A DNA stretch of 64,000 nucleotides from an uncultured Planctomycetota bacterium (GCA_963845755.1 CAWJTV010000011.1:1344001-1408000), one strand, 5' to 3'. Shown: positions 1 through 11,355, numbered from the stretch's first letter. Made by a program: numbers and translations. Notes: a model not told the origin generated them from the letters alone.

Positions 1-794
1 GCGCGACACGGTCGCTTCGAGCCCGGCCGTCACCGTCGAAAAGACCAGGTATTTTAGCAGCTTGGTCTCCAGCTCGTTGTTCTGTTTCTCGTTATGGAAG
101 GACGTGAACAGAACGTTCCCCTTGCCGACCGGGAACTTGACGAGCAACGGCGCGTCGATCGTGACGCCCGCCGTGGTCCGGAACTTCCCTCTAAGATAGA
201 TGGTCCCGGAATCGCCGCGGAAGGCCGCGGGCCGCCAACCGTCGAGGTCGAAGTGGAGCGGCATCTCGTCCCCGATCAGGTCGCGCAGCTCGGGCAAGAC
301 GACCTCGGCGCGGAGGTTTTGTTTCAGGCCCTGGGCGACCGCTTCGGCGTCAACCGCGTCGGGGAACGCCGCCTTGAGTGCATCGAACCGAAGGTCGGAG
401 GCGTAGAGTGTCCCTCCTTTGGTGACGAACTCCCGGAGCGCCTCCGAAAGGAGTCGAACACCGGCCGCTCCTGCGGAATCATGGTCCTCGGCGCAGGTGA
501 GGAAGATCGCGTCGAATCTGCGCAAGCGGCGGGGTCGCGCAACGTCTTCTCGTCGACGACCTGGAACTGATAGCCTTTGCCCAGAGTGACGAGGAGCTTA
601 CCCATGTCGTCGAAACTCGCCGGGGTCACCGCCAACCTCAACGGGGTCGGCTGCGGCGCCACGGTCTTCAGGGCCGTATTGTGAACCGGGTTCGTCGGGG
701 CACTGGCCGCACCACGACGATCGACGAGATAAACGCCCAGGAGGACCACAGCCAGCAGGATGGCAAAAGCCGCATCGGTGCATATACGGGTCAT
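1..794 (-). CDS. Membrane-anchored protein with GATase1-like (class I glutamine amidotransferase-like) domain; paralog of 1192..2376; frameshifted and running off the left edge
   Basis: ATG at 794 gives MTRICTDAAFAILLAVVLLGVYLVD...LRLAVTPASFDDMGKLL. After a frameshift near 520 the minus strand reads ...PLLVKFPVGKGNVLFTSFHNEKQNNELETKLLKYLVF, matching LRLAVTPHQYDDMGKLL and FTSFHNEKNNGELEIKLLQFLVF of the neighbour. Confidence 0.75.
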
Positions 795-1191
795 GTTCAC
801 ACTTCCCACGCCTTCGGGTTCCGAGTATTCATCGCACCTAGAAGGCATTCTCCGATACACGAGACTGTGAGGCAAGAACACCGAATTCCAGGGAGTGGTC
901 AGGACCTTCGGCGAACTGATCCGTTCACCAAGTCATCGCCGACTCTTCGAAGACGAACCAGGTCACGAGAACTTGCGCGCCTCGACGATCGAACCGCCCA
1001 CAATTCGGGGAATTCGAGATAGCTGCGTCCCGCGGGCAACGGGGTGAGGAGGGGCGTTTTGGCCGAACCGAGGGCGCCCTCTCGTCAGCCCGTTGCGAAC
1101 CGGAGTGCGCCGGTTTAGGATTGGCTGGGGCATGAGCGACCGGCGTCGCGGCGCGGTCAGCCCCGACGAGCGATCGAGGAGGTAGCACGAC

Positions 1192-2376
1192 GTGTCCGAC
1201 AATCGGCAGTCCATGAGCGACATCGCGATCGCCATCTCGCTGGCCTGCGCCCTGGGAATTGTCTTCCTCATCGACCGCATTCGGGGCCCGGTACCGACGG
1301 GCGAGATTGTCCAAATCAAGCCGCAATCCCAGTCTGCGCCGCCGCCACGTGCCCGGGCTCTGCGTCTCGCCGTCACCCCGCACCAATATGACGACATGGG
1401 GAAACTGCTCAGCCAACTCGGGTCCGGCTTCAGTCACACGGACCTCCCGCTGGAAGATCTCGAAGACGCCTCGAAATTGGCCGACTATGATGTGGTGTTC
1501 CTGACCTGCGCCCAGCCTGCCCCTCGTTGGGGGATCGGGGACGAGTTCGCTTCCAAGAACAAATACGCTAACCCCCGGGGGCGGTTCAATGAGGAGGTCT
1601 TCGGCCGGATCCGCGAGGCGCTCCGATCGTACGTCGGTGGCGGTGGCACGCTGTACGCGTCCGACTGGCGGTTCGTCGTGCTCGAGAAGTGCTTCCCCGA
1701 ACTCTTCGGGGGTAACAACCTCCCGCCCGGTGCGGCGCAGACCCTCACCGCCGAAGTCATGGATCCCGGCCTCCGCGACTTGCTGGGACCCACGGTCGAT
1801 CTGAAGTTCGACCTGCCCAGTTGGCTCCCCGCCGGATTCAAGGGCGAGCGGGTCACCGTCTATCTCCAGGGCCGGTACCGCGTCACCGGGGAAGATTCGG
1901 CCGTCATGGCACCGTTGCTGATCAAGGTGCCCTTCCAGCAAGGAACGATCATCTTCACCTCGTTCCATAACGAGAAGAACAACGGCGAGCTCGAGATCAA
2001 GTTGCTGCAATTCCTCGTGTTCGCCGCGGTGACGGCCAAGGAGACCGCAGAAGCCCAGAAGATGATGATCTCGGGGGGATTCTCGCCCCAAAAGCAGAAC
2101 CTGCTCAGTGCCTCAGCCGACGCCCAGTCCGTAACCCAGATCTATACCAATTCCAAGCGCGGGCCGCTCCGCTTCGCCCTGAGCTTTGCCAATCAAGGGG
2201 CCTTACTCAAGCTGGCTGTCCGTGGTCCGGATGGCCGGACTTACGAGCAGCAGGGTGAATTCACATTCACGGTCGATGTACCCGACGCCGCGGCGGGTGA
2301 CTGGTCGTATACCGTGACCGCGCAGAAGGTCCCTTATCCCAACTTTCCGTTCACACTGACTGTGGGCGGGAACTAG
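1192..2376 (+). CDS. Membrane-anchored protein: signal anchor, GATase1-like domain, C-terminal PPC-like beta-sandwich
   Basis: Intact 394-aa ORF with GAGGAGG upstream of the GTG start. N-terminal hydrophobic helix; LADYDVVFLTC and LRSYVGGGGTLYASD resemble GATase1-like folds; LAVRGPDG...AAAGDWSYTV resembles a PPC/beta-sandwich domain. Confidence 0.75.
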   Translation: MSDNRQSMSDIAIAISLACALGIVFLIDRIRGPVPTGEIVQIKPQSQSAPPPRARALRLAVTPHQYDDMGKLLSQLGSGFSHTDLPLEDLEDASKLADYDVVFLTCAQPAPRWGIGDEFASKNKYANPRGRFNEEVFGRIREALRSYVGGGGTLYASDWRFVVLEKCFPELFGGNNLPPGAAQTLTAEVMDPGLRDLLGPTVDLKFDLPSWLPAGFKGERVTVYLQGRYRVTGEDSAVMAPLLIKVPFQQGTIIFTSFHNEKNNGELEIKLLQFLVFAAVTAKETAEAQKMMISGGFSPQKQNLLSASADAQSVTQIYTNSKRGPLRFALSFANQGALLKLAVRGPDGRTYEQQGEFTFTVDVPDAAAGDWSYTVTAQKVPYPNFPFTLTVGGN

Positions 2377-2691
2377 GGCGCCTAGCTCCTTGCCGTCGCG
2401 GGATGAGGCGAGATCGTTTCGGCACGCCGCCCGGAGCGGTCGGCATCCCATCTGTTAGCCCGTGCCCACGCCGCCGCCGGCCGGCCCGACCTCTCCGAGC
2501 CGATCTACCGGCAGATGATCGCGTCGGACCCCGACGAGAATCGCGCGGTCGAGCCGCGTTTTCGCGACTTGCTCAAGCCGGCAATGCTGGATCGGTTCGA
2601 CGGCCGTTGCCGCATCCGTGCTTCTGAACCCTTGGTCGAGGTGGTCAAGCTCGTGCCGCACGTTGGGGCCGGCTCTTCCTCCCGGGGAATC

Positions 2692-2998
2692 CTAACGCGG
2701 CCTTCGGCCGCAACCCCATCGGGATTCCCGATTCGGGATTCCGGATTCCCGAAGGGGAATGATCCGGGAATCCGGAATCTCGAATCCGGAATTCGGAATC
2801 CCCAAAGGCGCGCACGGCGCAGGGATCCTACGGAGGACGACTCTAACGCGGCCTTCGGCCACAACCAAAAAGCGGGATTGCCGATTCGAGATTCCGGATT
2901 CCCTACGGGGAATGATTCGGGAATCGGGAATCTCGAGTCGGTAATTCGGAATCCTCAAATGCGCGGAGGGCGCACGAATTCTACGGAGCAAGACTCTA
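2692..2998 (+). repeat. Two tandem copies of a ~151-bp palindromic dispersed repeat (GGATTCC/GGAATCC heptamers plus GCGGCC-TTC-GGCCGC hairpin)
   Basis: Units start CTAACGCGGCCTTCGGCC at 2692 and 2843 and end ...GACT(CTA). Inverted copies occur at 25932-26260 and 41825-41978. Confidence 0.9.
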
Positions 2999-3131
2999 TC
3001 GCCTGATCGTGATCCAGCGCGACCTGCTTAAGGTACTGGCCTCGCAGCGTCGTATGCTCGACCGCCTGGGTCGAGAGAGTCGCTCGGCTGGGAGACAACG
3101 CACTGGCCCGCGAATATCGCAGGGGGGCACC

Positions 3132-4361
3132 TCATCCGCCCAGCGGGAGGGTGAGCAGCGGGCCTGTGGTCTTCACGTCCGATTCTTGCAGCGCGAAGAG
3201 GATCTCGAGGATGGCGAGAACGGCCCGCGAGTTCACGTCGTTCCGGTCGATCGAGAACCAATAGCCCCGGTACTGGATGGCCACCTCCGCGTTGTGGGGC
3301 CGGTGTTTCTGTGCGTGGACACGGAAGTTCCCAGCGGTGATCTGCGTCCAGTCGAATGGCTGGCCGTCCGGGCCGGGCGTCATCGGCACGATTCCCGACT
3401 GCACGTGCTCCTCGGGGACACACACACCCTTCGAGAGGAAGGTCATGATCTGGAGGATTGACCGCAGGTTCAGGTAGATCGTGTCATTTCCCATCGGGTT
3501 CAGAGATTTCGTGTCAGCCTCCTCAGTCAGCTCCGACTTGATCCAGTACCTGCCCAGACCTGGGGTCAGGTGGAAGATCTGCGCCACTTCCTGCATTTCA
3601 GGGGAGTTGACGTACGGATCGCGGATCCGAAGGAAGAGCTCCTTTTCCCGCTTGTGCAGAGTCACGTTTTCCCCCTGGGTGCGGTAGACGAAACCATCCC
3701 GTGCGGCATTCAGAAGATCGCTTCCTCGGACCGAGCTCTTCGCAATGGGATCGGAAGCGATATCGGTCTCCTCGTTCGTCCCGACTGCCAATTCCGTGGC
3801 ATCGCGCTCGCGCAGGGATTCGAGGATCTGGATGGCCCGAACAAACAGCCGGTTGTCGTCGGAGACCTTGGGCGTCAAGGTGGTCGCGCGGGGGGCGTTC
3901 GGCAAGTCGTTGATGTCGTTGATGGTCAACAACAAGAGTTGTTCGAGATTGGCCCCCGCGTTGACCACAATGAACAGATCGGAAGACAGTGGGGTCAGCA
4001 GCGACTTGGCGATCTCACGCCCCTCGCGCGGATGGTAGCTCAGAGTGGGTGTGTCGCGGAGGGACAGCTCGCCGTAACCGAGGCTCGCGCGGCCCGGCTC
4101 CTGGTTTCCGTAGCCTCCGAGATAATTGCCGTGGCCAGCCATCTCGAACTGACTGGTGATGCTGGGCAGGTCGATGAACACGGGGGAGTCGGCGTAACGG
4201 AGCCGGACGATGTTCATCAACAACTGCTCGTCGTTGGTGTCGCGGACCACCTCGTTGTACCGCAAGCGGGTGTAACGGATGGCCTTGGGACCAAGGCAGC
4301 CGCTCGCGCCGGTCCAAAGGGCGAGGACGAGGACGACCTGTCGAAACGACCGGTGCCCCAT
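3132..4361 (-). CDS. Conserved hypothetical lipoprotein
   Basis: Intact ORF. Likely start MGHRSFRQVVLVLALWTGASG-C (lipobox-like), followed by YNEVVRDTNDEQLLMNIVRLRYADSPVFIDL, which looks like a conserved uncharacterised lipoprotein N-terminus. Confidence 0.75.
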   Translation of the reverse strand: MGHRSFRQVVLVLALWTGASGCLGPKAIRYTRLRYNEVVRDTNDEQLLMNIVRLRYADSPVFIDLPSITSQFEMAGHGNYLGGYGNQEPGRASLGYGELSLRDTPTLSYHPREGREIAKSLLTPLSSDLFIVVNAGANLEQLLLLTINDINDLPNAPRATTLTPKVSDDNRLFVRAIQILESLRERDATELAVGTNEETDIASDPIAKSSVRGSDLLNAARDGFVYRTQGENVTLHKREKELFLRIRDPYVNSPEMQEVAQIFHLTPGLGRYWIKSELTEEADTKSLNPMGNDTIYLNLRSILQIMTFLSKGVCVPEEHVQSGIVPMTPGPDGQPFDWTQITAGNFRVHAQKHRPHNAEVAIQYRGYWFSIDRNDVNSRAVLAILEILFALQESDVKTTGPLLTLPLGG

Positions 4362-4634
4362 CGTCTTTCGCCGACCGCGATCATCCATGGGCTGCACCAA
4401 ATCCGCCCCATCGTCTGGCCGCCCGGCCTTGAGGGACACGATACTCCGGAGTATCCCCAAGAGTTATCGGCGGCAAACCCCGCAAACTTGACGGGACCCG
4501 CCAGGTCGCGACGCCTGGCCCGTGGGTTCGGCTTGACAGATCGAGCCGCTTGGGAAGAATCCGCAGTCGAGGGTGTTTTTGTGCGGCGGGGTGGGACACG
4601 CCGGTCGTCGCGAGCCGGTCATGGAGGGCCCGAG

Positions 4635-5957
4635 ATGCCTCGTTCGGTCTGGGAGTGGGTGCTCTGGCTGGTGGCGTTGGCGGTTCCCTGGCTCCTGTCG
4701 CGCCAGCGCCGTCGCATCAATCTTGCGAGCCTGGTGGGTCTGATCAACCTGCTCTATGCCTGCGCCTTCGTGCTCGTGCGTCCGGGTGCCGAGTCGTCCG
4801 AGGCGGCGACCGCCGCGATCGGTCTGATCGCGCTGGACCTGGCCGCGTGGTGGGCCCCCGACTCGCTCCAGCGACGATTGCTCGACCGGGTACGATGGCC
4901 GTCGGCCAAGATCGTGCTGACGGTCGCGACGATCAGCCTCGTCCCCCTGGGGCTGGCCGAGCAGGCCGCGCGCGTGCTCACCGATCTCCGCGTGCTGAAC
5001 TATCACCGGCCCATCCAGACGGTCTGGCGGTCCGGGCACGACGACTGGCGGCTCGCCACCATCACCGGCGACGAGAACCGGGAGCCCGACCCGGTCCTGC
5101 TATGGCGGCCGGTCGACCACAAGCCGTTCAATGCCCAGCGCTTCAAGGGGCCGCTCGTGGAGCTTCCCAAACCGTCGGACGTGATCCGGGTGATGTGCTA
5201 CGGCGATTCCCTGACCGACGGCCCGCCCCTGGGAGGCTGGCCGACCCGGCTCCAGGTCCTGTTGAACGAGCGGCCGGCCACCCTCGGCCGTCGGTTCGAG
5301 GTGATCAACGCCGGCGTCGCCGGGTATTCCTCGCATCAGGGCCTCCGGCGCTTCCTCCAGGAAGTGGACCGATTCCAGCCCGACCTGCTCCTGGTCTCGT
5401 TCGGCTGGAATGACGCGGCGGAGGCCATCGGCCAGCCCGACAAATCATTCCGGATCCCCCCCTGGCCCATGGTCGCCTGTCAGCGGGCGCTGGTCCGCTA
5501 TCGGGGCTATCTTGTGCTCATGTATTACACGCGCTCCTTGCGTGCGCAGCCGCCGGCTTCGCCGGCCGGTCCGGTGCATCCCCGTGTCGACCTCGCGGAT
5601 TACCTGGCCAATCTCGACCGCTTCCGCATCGAGGCCGAGGCGCGCGGCATCCCGATCGTGTTCCTCACGCGTCCCCACAAGGTCGCGCCGGCCGCACTGG
5701 GCCAGGACCCCACCTGGCGGGGCGCCGTGCCGCGATATAACGCCGCGCTGACCGCCTGGGCGCGACGCCGTGGACTCCCGCTCATCGACGCCCAGCGAGC
5801 CTTCGAGAAGCTCCCCACTGCGCTCTTCTCCGACGAATGCCACTTCACACCCCAAGGTTATCAGCGGATGGCTCAACTGGTCCGCGACGGGCTGCTCGAA
5901 GACCGGGACGGGCTCCTTCGGCTCGCGGGCGAGGTATCCACGGTCCCGGTACCCTGA
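4635..5957 (+). CDS. SGNH/GDSL hydrolase with N-terminal transmembrane helices
   Basis: Motifs CYGDSLT, NAGVAGY, SFGWND and DECH. About 4 hydrophobic helices follow the ATG at 4635, which has GGAGG upstream. Confidence 0.85.
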   Translation: MPRSVWEWVLWLVALAVPWLLSRQRRRINLASLVGLINLLYACAFVLVRPGAESSEAATAAIGLIALDLAAWWAPDSLQRRLLDRVRWPSAKIVLTVATISLVPLGLAEQAARVLTDLRVLNYHRPIQTVWRSGHDDWRLATITGDENREPDPVLLWRPVDHKPFNAQRFKGPLVELPKPSDVIRVMCYGDSLTDGPPLGGWPTRLQVLLNERPATLGRRFEVINAGVAGYSSHQGLRRFLQEVDRFQPDLLLVSFGWNDAAEAIGQPDKSFRIPPWPMVACQRALVRYRGYLVLMYYTRSLRAQPPASPAGPVHPRVDLADYLANLDRFRIEAEARGIPIVFLTRPHKVAPAALGQDPTWRGAVPRYNAALTAWARRRGLPLIDAQRAFEKLPTALFSDECHFTPQGYQRMAQLVRDGLLEDRDGLLRLAGEVSTVPVP

Positions 5958-6124
5958 AAGGGCGTGCGAGAAGCTCGCGTAGGAAGGGGGCACACCCGGA
6001 ACTGGCCCGGAATCCCGAGCCGCGCCGGGCCCCGTTCCCCGGCGGATGGCCTTTCACGCCCTCGGGGGCCACGGTAGAATCGAACGCGATTCTCACGCGG
6101 CGCCGCCGCGACGGCGAGACCTCA

Positions 6125-6260
6125 CTGCGCCCTCCGCGCATCTCGAGGATTCCCAATTCCACATTCAAGATTCAACATTCGTTATTCAAGATGGAACCGA
6201 GGCCGGTTTCTTGAATCGCGAATCTTGAATCCCTCTGAAATGGCGGCCGAAGGCCGCCTT
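6125..6260 (-). repeat. Degenerate copy of the ~151-bp palindromic repeat
   Basis: CTGCGCCCTCCGCGCATCTCGAGGATTCC..., ATTC/GAAT heptamer runs and terminal GCGGCCGAAGGCCGC match the family seen at 41825-41978. Confidence 0.6.
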
Positions 6261-6299
6261 CGAACTTGTTGAACGATCAATGGATTGCAAGGCGGACTC

Positions 6300-7176
6300 A
6301 TGGAACCCACTTCCGACCAGATCCAGCACGCGGCTTATGAACGTTGGCTGCGCCGCGGCCGGATTCACGGGCATCACGACGGGGACTGGTACGGCGCCGA
6401 GAAAGAACTCGCCTTCCTGCTGAACTACCAGACGTTCGTCGAGTATCCGCTGGTTTCCGCCGAACCGCGTGTGCTGGACAATGCGTCGATCCGGCGCTGC
6501 CGCTTCTGCGAGCGGACGGACGGTCAGGCGGCGTTTGGCCGGGCCCAGGCGGTCGTGGCGGCTCTCTCGGAAGCCCCGTCCCTGTTCACGGCCGAGCTCT
6601 GCAGCGATTGCCAGGCGGATTGGCGCGATCCGCTCGATCGGGAGCTGCGGGAATTCTGGCAAGCCCTGCGTGCCGATCGGGTCGGGTTCGACGCCCAGGG
6701 CCGGCCGACCGCCCGCCCGAGCTTCACAATCGGTGCGTTCAAGGCGTTGATCGCCGGCGCCATCCTGATCTTGCCCGAGACCGATCTCCCCGCCGTCGTC
6801 GACACGATGGAATGGGTGAGCAACCCGGACCACGATTGCGACGACAATCTGTTCGCCGGGATCCTGCTGCCAGGTCTACGCCGCACCGTTCCTCGAGGAC
6901 CTCTGCGGGATCAGCCTGGCGAGACGGGTCGAGGCCGAGGCGCCGCTGCCGGACCTGCTCGTGTTCCTCGGTCATGGTGGGATCGTGGTTCAGGTCCCCG
7001 TGCCGCTGAGTTTGCGCGATCAGGACCTCGACGGTCGCGCCGTGCATCAGCCTCAGCGGTCACTCATCGGCGGGTCCGGCCCCGATTTCCAGGAGGCTTG
7101 TCATCGGGTGCTGCCGTTGGCCCTATCCCGGAGGCGCCCCCACGGGGAGCGCCGGCGTCCTTCGATGGCTTCCTGA
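6300..7176 (+). CDS. DUF2934 domain protein fused to a degenerate HNH-like Zn-binding domain; frameshift near 6870
   Basis: MEPTSDQIQHAAYERWLRRGRIHGHHDGDWYGAEKEL fits DUF2934. CRFC...LCSDC Cys pairs follow. The C-terminus continues in the 6961..7176 frame. Confidence 0.65.
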
Positions 7177-7185
7177 GAATCCGCC

Positions 7186-8521
7186 ATGCCCGGCACACTG
7201 GCCCGCGAAGAGAACACCGGACCCGACTCACCCCAGGGCACGCCGGTTCCCGCGCCAGGCCAGGGCGATCACGGCCCTCTCGTTCGCGGCGGTCATGGTC
7301 GCCGCGCTCTGGGTGGGCTTCACCGCGATGCGACCTCGGCCGGAGAAGCAAAACCCAGGCGTGCGGTTGCTCAGCCTGGACCGGCCCTTTCCCGCCGGGG
7401 GGCGCTATCCCTCCGACCCCTACATCGGACCGCGCGTCTGTGCGGAATGCCACCCCGGTGAGTTCGCGCAGTACTCCCGATCCGGACATGCCCAGACCCT
7501 GGGCCCGCCCAACCGGCGGGCCTTGCGCGCGCCAACTCGACGGGCAAACGGTCGCCGATCCGGAGCTCGCCGAGGTCTCGTGGAACTACCAGTACCGCGA
7601 CGGGCAGTTGCACATCCGCCGCATGGCCCAGGGCAAGGTCGAGGATTGCATCGCCGAGTATGCGTTCGGATCCGGCCATCACGCCTTGACCTTCGTGAAC
7701 GTGATCGATCCCAAGATCCCGGCGATCCTGGAGCATCGCATCACCTATTATACGGTGCAACACGCGCTCGGGCTTGACCCCCGGCCACAACATCCGACCG
7801 CGCCCTGCCCAATCGTGACTCCCCTGGGAGGCGTGCTCCCGCCCGCGACGTCCCGGAAGTGTTTCGCCTGTCATACGACCCAGACCTCAGCCCGCGACAA
7901 CCAACTGATCGACGAGAAGACCATGATCCCCAACGTCTCCTGCGAGCGCTGCCACGGCCCCGGGCGGGCGCACGTGGAGGCCGCGCGGCGGGGTGCGGAC
8001 GGTCGGAGCTCCAGCTCCCGTTCGGTCCGGGCCGTTACACCGCCGATTCGTTGCTGGTGCTCTGCGGGACCTGCCACCGGCATCCGTCCCGGTCTCGGCC
8101 CGGCCAGGTCCGGCCCGACGACCCCCATCTGGCCCGCTTCCAGCCGGTCGGCATCCTCGAGTCGCGTTGCTTTCGCGAGAGCAACGGCACCTTTAGTTGC
8201 GTCACCTGCCATGATCCCCACGCGCGGGCATCGACCGACCGGGCGTCGTATCTGGTGGTCTGCCTCTCGTGCCACGCCGGCGGCGGCCGGGACGCGACGC
8301 CGCAGCCGACCGGCTTACAAGGCACCCCTCCGCATCGCCGGGTCCCCTTGCCCCGTCGCGCCGCGCGGCGATTGCGTCCACTGCCACATGCCGCGCGTCG
8401 ATGCGGGCCAGAACGTCCTCTTCGCCGACCACTGGATCCGGCCCCGGCACCCGGGGAATCCACGCTGCCGCTGCGCGGTCCCGCGCCGAACCTGAAGCTC
8501 CTCGAGACGCCCGAGCCCTGA
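7186..8521 (+). CDS. Membrane-anchored multiheme cytochrome c (7 CxxCH), frameshifted
   Basis: CAECH, CFACH, CERCH, CGTCH, CVTCH, CLSCH and CVHCH across three frames, plus YAFGSG, HMP and DHWIR; ends NLKLLETPEP. Confidence 0.85.
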
Positions 8522-8700
8522 GAAGGGCGCGGGCCTGTATCGAGGCTCGACAGGCTGGCGAGATTCCTGGCATGCTCTCGATGGAGTCGCGTGTCGTTTC
8601 AGGCGGAGACCCGGGGAGGAATACCGGCTGTCTATCCCAGGGCCAGGGTGCAATGGCGGGCTGTTCCCGGATCGACCCTTCCGGTCGAGCAATCGCAGCG

Positions 8701-11063
8701 TCATCGGTTCGAGACCGTTCGGGCCGGGCCAGGCCGCGGGATCGGCGGTGCGTCCCGCACACGGAAGGCGTCGTGACCCTCGGTGATCTCGATCACCCGA
8801 TCGATCGGGACGTCGTGGAATTCCTGACGCGTCCGACTCGTGGGCCAACTGACCTCCAGGGTGGGGATGCTCTGGGCCTTGCCCAGCCCGATGGTCAAAG
8901 AGAACGGGTTGCCACCGTAACTCGACCCGCTGGTGACCTCGCGATGGCGGGAGTCCACCCCGCCGCCGGGCTTGGGAAGGTCAACACGGACCCGGGCGCC
9001 GATGCCGGCCCGGTTGGTCTTGGTGCCCACCAGGCGGACGGTCAGCCAGTGGTTCCCGTGGCCGGGGTTGAGAAACAGGGCGTTGTGGGCACGGTCGCCC
9101 GGAGTGGCGCCGCCCGCCTCGAGAAAGATGTCGAGGTCGCCGTCTCGGTCCCAATCGGCGAAGGCGATCCCATGCCCCTTCTGAAGGTGCCCGGTGCCCG
9201 AAGAGGTCGTCACGTCCTCGAACCGGAGCCCGTCCACGTTCTTGAACAAGACGTTGGGAACCACGTAGCGATACTCGGCCCGGCCGGTACCGAGATACAT
9301 GTCGAGATACCCGTCGTTATCGAGATCGCCGAAGTTTGATCCCATGCAAACGAGCACACGGTCGAGACCGACCTCCGTCGTGACATCGCGGAAGCCGCTG
9401 GGCCCCTCATTGCGAAACAGCCGGGGCCGCTCGCCGAGGGTCGGCTGGCCGAGGTGGCTCCGGATGACGTCGGGGAGCCGGTTGCCGAAGGCGCAGACGA
9501 ACAGGTCGAGACGACCATCGTTGTTGTAGTCCCACCACCAACACGCGAAGCTGGCCAACGGCTCGGTGACGCCCAGCGCCTGGGCGACGTCGGTGAATGT
9601 GCCGTCGCCGTTGTTGCGGAAGAGTCGGTTCGGTCCGGCGTCGTTGGAGACGTAGAGGTCGGGATCGCCGTCGTTGTCGTAGTCGCCCCAGGCCGCCCCC
9701 TTTCCCCAGAGCCGGTTGAGCACCCCGGCCACGTCGGCGACGTCGGTGAACGTGCCGTCGCCGTTGTTGTGGTAGAGCCGGCCGTGGTTCCGCGGGTCGG
9801 GACGTTTGGGATTGAACTCACCGGCCATATACAAATCGACGAACCCGTCGTTGTCATAGTCGGCCCAGGCGCCCGAGTGGCACGCGATCGGAGCGAGCAG
9901 GCCCGCGGCGGCGGTGACGTCCTCGAAGGTGCCGTCACCCCGGTTGCGCAACAGAGAGGGCCGCTTGGCCCGCTCCCACCCGCCGCGCAGCAAGAGCACA
10001 TCGAGATCGCCGTCATTGTCGTAGTCGGCGTGGGTGGCGTTGGCCGCCCCGACCTGGTCGGCCACGCCGGCCGATCCGCCGCCTCCTCGAACATCCCATT
10101 GCCGCGATTGATGAAGAGCCGCGGCCCGCGCTCGGGGTCGAGGTTGGACGTGAAGACGTCGAGCAGGCCATCGCCATTGAAGTCGTCGACGATGCAACCG
10201 CCGGCATTATTCTCGCCGGGTACGTCGAGTCCCACCCGCGCGGCCACGTTGTGGAACCGGCCGACGTCGATCGACGACCGAAACGGCTCCAGGGAGATGA
10301 GATGCCGTGTGGGGACCTTCTCGGGATACTCGCCCAAGGTCATGTAGGCGACGTTCAACAGCCATCGGACGCCGATGTCCTCGGGACGCGTCTCCAGGTA
10401 GGCGGTGAAGTGTCGGATCGCCTGGCGCGAGCCGGCCGGCTGTTGGTGCACGGCCGAACGGGCGAGGGGGAAGATGCAACTCGCGTCAGTGCAGCAAGCA
10501 ATGCAGTTGTCGGACTCGCCCCGCCGCAAGGCGGCGACACCCAGCAGCGCCTCGATGTTGGCTTCGTACCCGTTGGGCTTCGATGGACGGGTCTCGCGGG
10601 CGGCTTGGAAATACGACATGGCTTCCTCGAACCGGCCGTCGAACATGTGGAGCTCGCCGATCCAGAGCTGGAACTGTGCGACCTGCGCCGCCTCGCGGTC
10701 CGATTTGGGTCGCCCGAGTTGCGACAGCTTTTCCTGGAACCGCGCGATCCCCCGCGCCCCCGCCCCTTACGCGCCGCGGCCACCTGGGCCAGCGACGCGG
10801 GGTCGGTTTCGGCCTCTTCGAACTCGACGGCGAGGGAGATCCCGCTGTCGTCGATCCAGCCGTCGGAATAGAGCGGAACCGTCTCTCGCCGCGGCCCGAT
10901 CGGGCTCGGGGCTCGGGCTGGGGGGCACACCCCTGGCAGACGCCAGCTCGAGCAACCGCCTCGGACTCAGGCCGGTGAGCGCGGCCACCCCCCCGAGGCT
11001 GGCCATCACAATCAGGGCAAGTGCACAGAGTAGCCGGAAGGTCCTGACCATTCTTCGACGCAT
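8701..11063 (-). CDS. CRTAC1-family FG-GAP repeat / ASPIC-UnbV protein, frameshifted
   Basis: Repeated DYDNDGxxD motifs, [30 protein letters not shown] and a GLG...EVSWP C-terminus. Signal-like N-terminus MRRRMVRTFRLLCALALIV. Confidence 0.88.
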
Positions 11064-11200
11064 GAATCTTACTCCCGAAGAGAAGGACCAAGACCAGGCC
11101 GCCCGCGTGGCCGAGGCGGGTGTCCGCAAACCATCGCGATCCGGCGAGCACGATCTTGCGATTCTCCCACCAACGGCTTGCGGTGCAACCCCGGATTCTA

Positions 11201-11355
11201 GGTCGAGTCCGCGTCTTGCGATCGCCGCCCTGGTCCTGTATCCTGGACGCGGGGTCCCTCGCCCCGGCCATACCCGAGAAAACCGGCTTCGTCAACGTCT
11301 CGGGCTCGGTCGAGCGTCTTGCAATCGCCTCCCTGGTCCTGTGTACTGGAGTCGG
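11201..11355 (+). promoter_or_regulatory. Two near-identical sigma70-like promoter units in tandem
   Basis: TTGCGA(11216)-17 bp-TATCCT(11239) and TTGCAA(11319)-17 bp-TGTACT(11342) lie inside a ~50-bp direct repeat. Confidence 0.5.

Noticed and set aside
2460..2690. Possible relic of an ECF-extension tail (RPDLSEPIYRQMIASDP...AMLDRFD)
   Set aside because: Resemblance is too weak to support by eye.
2692..2998. Possible CRISPR array
   Set aside because: Units are ~151 bp, repeated along their full length with no unique spacers; no cas genes seen.
3570..4634. 355-aa N-terminal extension of the 795-aa SGNH ORF
   Set aside because: Mostly antisense to the lipoprotein gene; a better start with RBS lies at 4635.
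6285..8495. 736-aa DUF2934-cytochrome fusion ORF
   Set aside because: Frameshift read-through; the middle is low-complexity off-frame translation and the paralog at 13515 shows the cytochrome is a separate gene.
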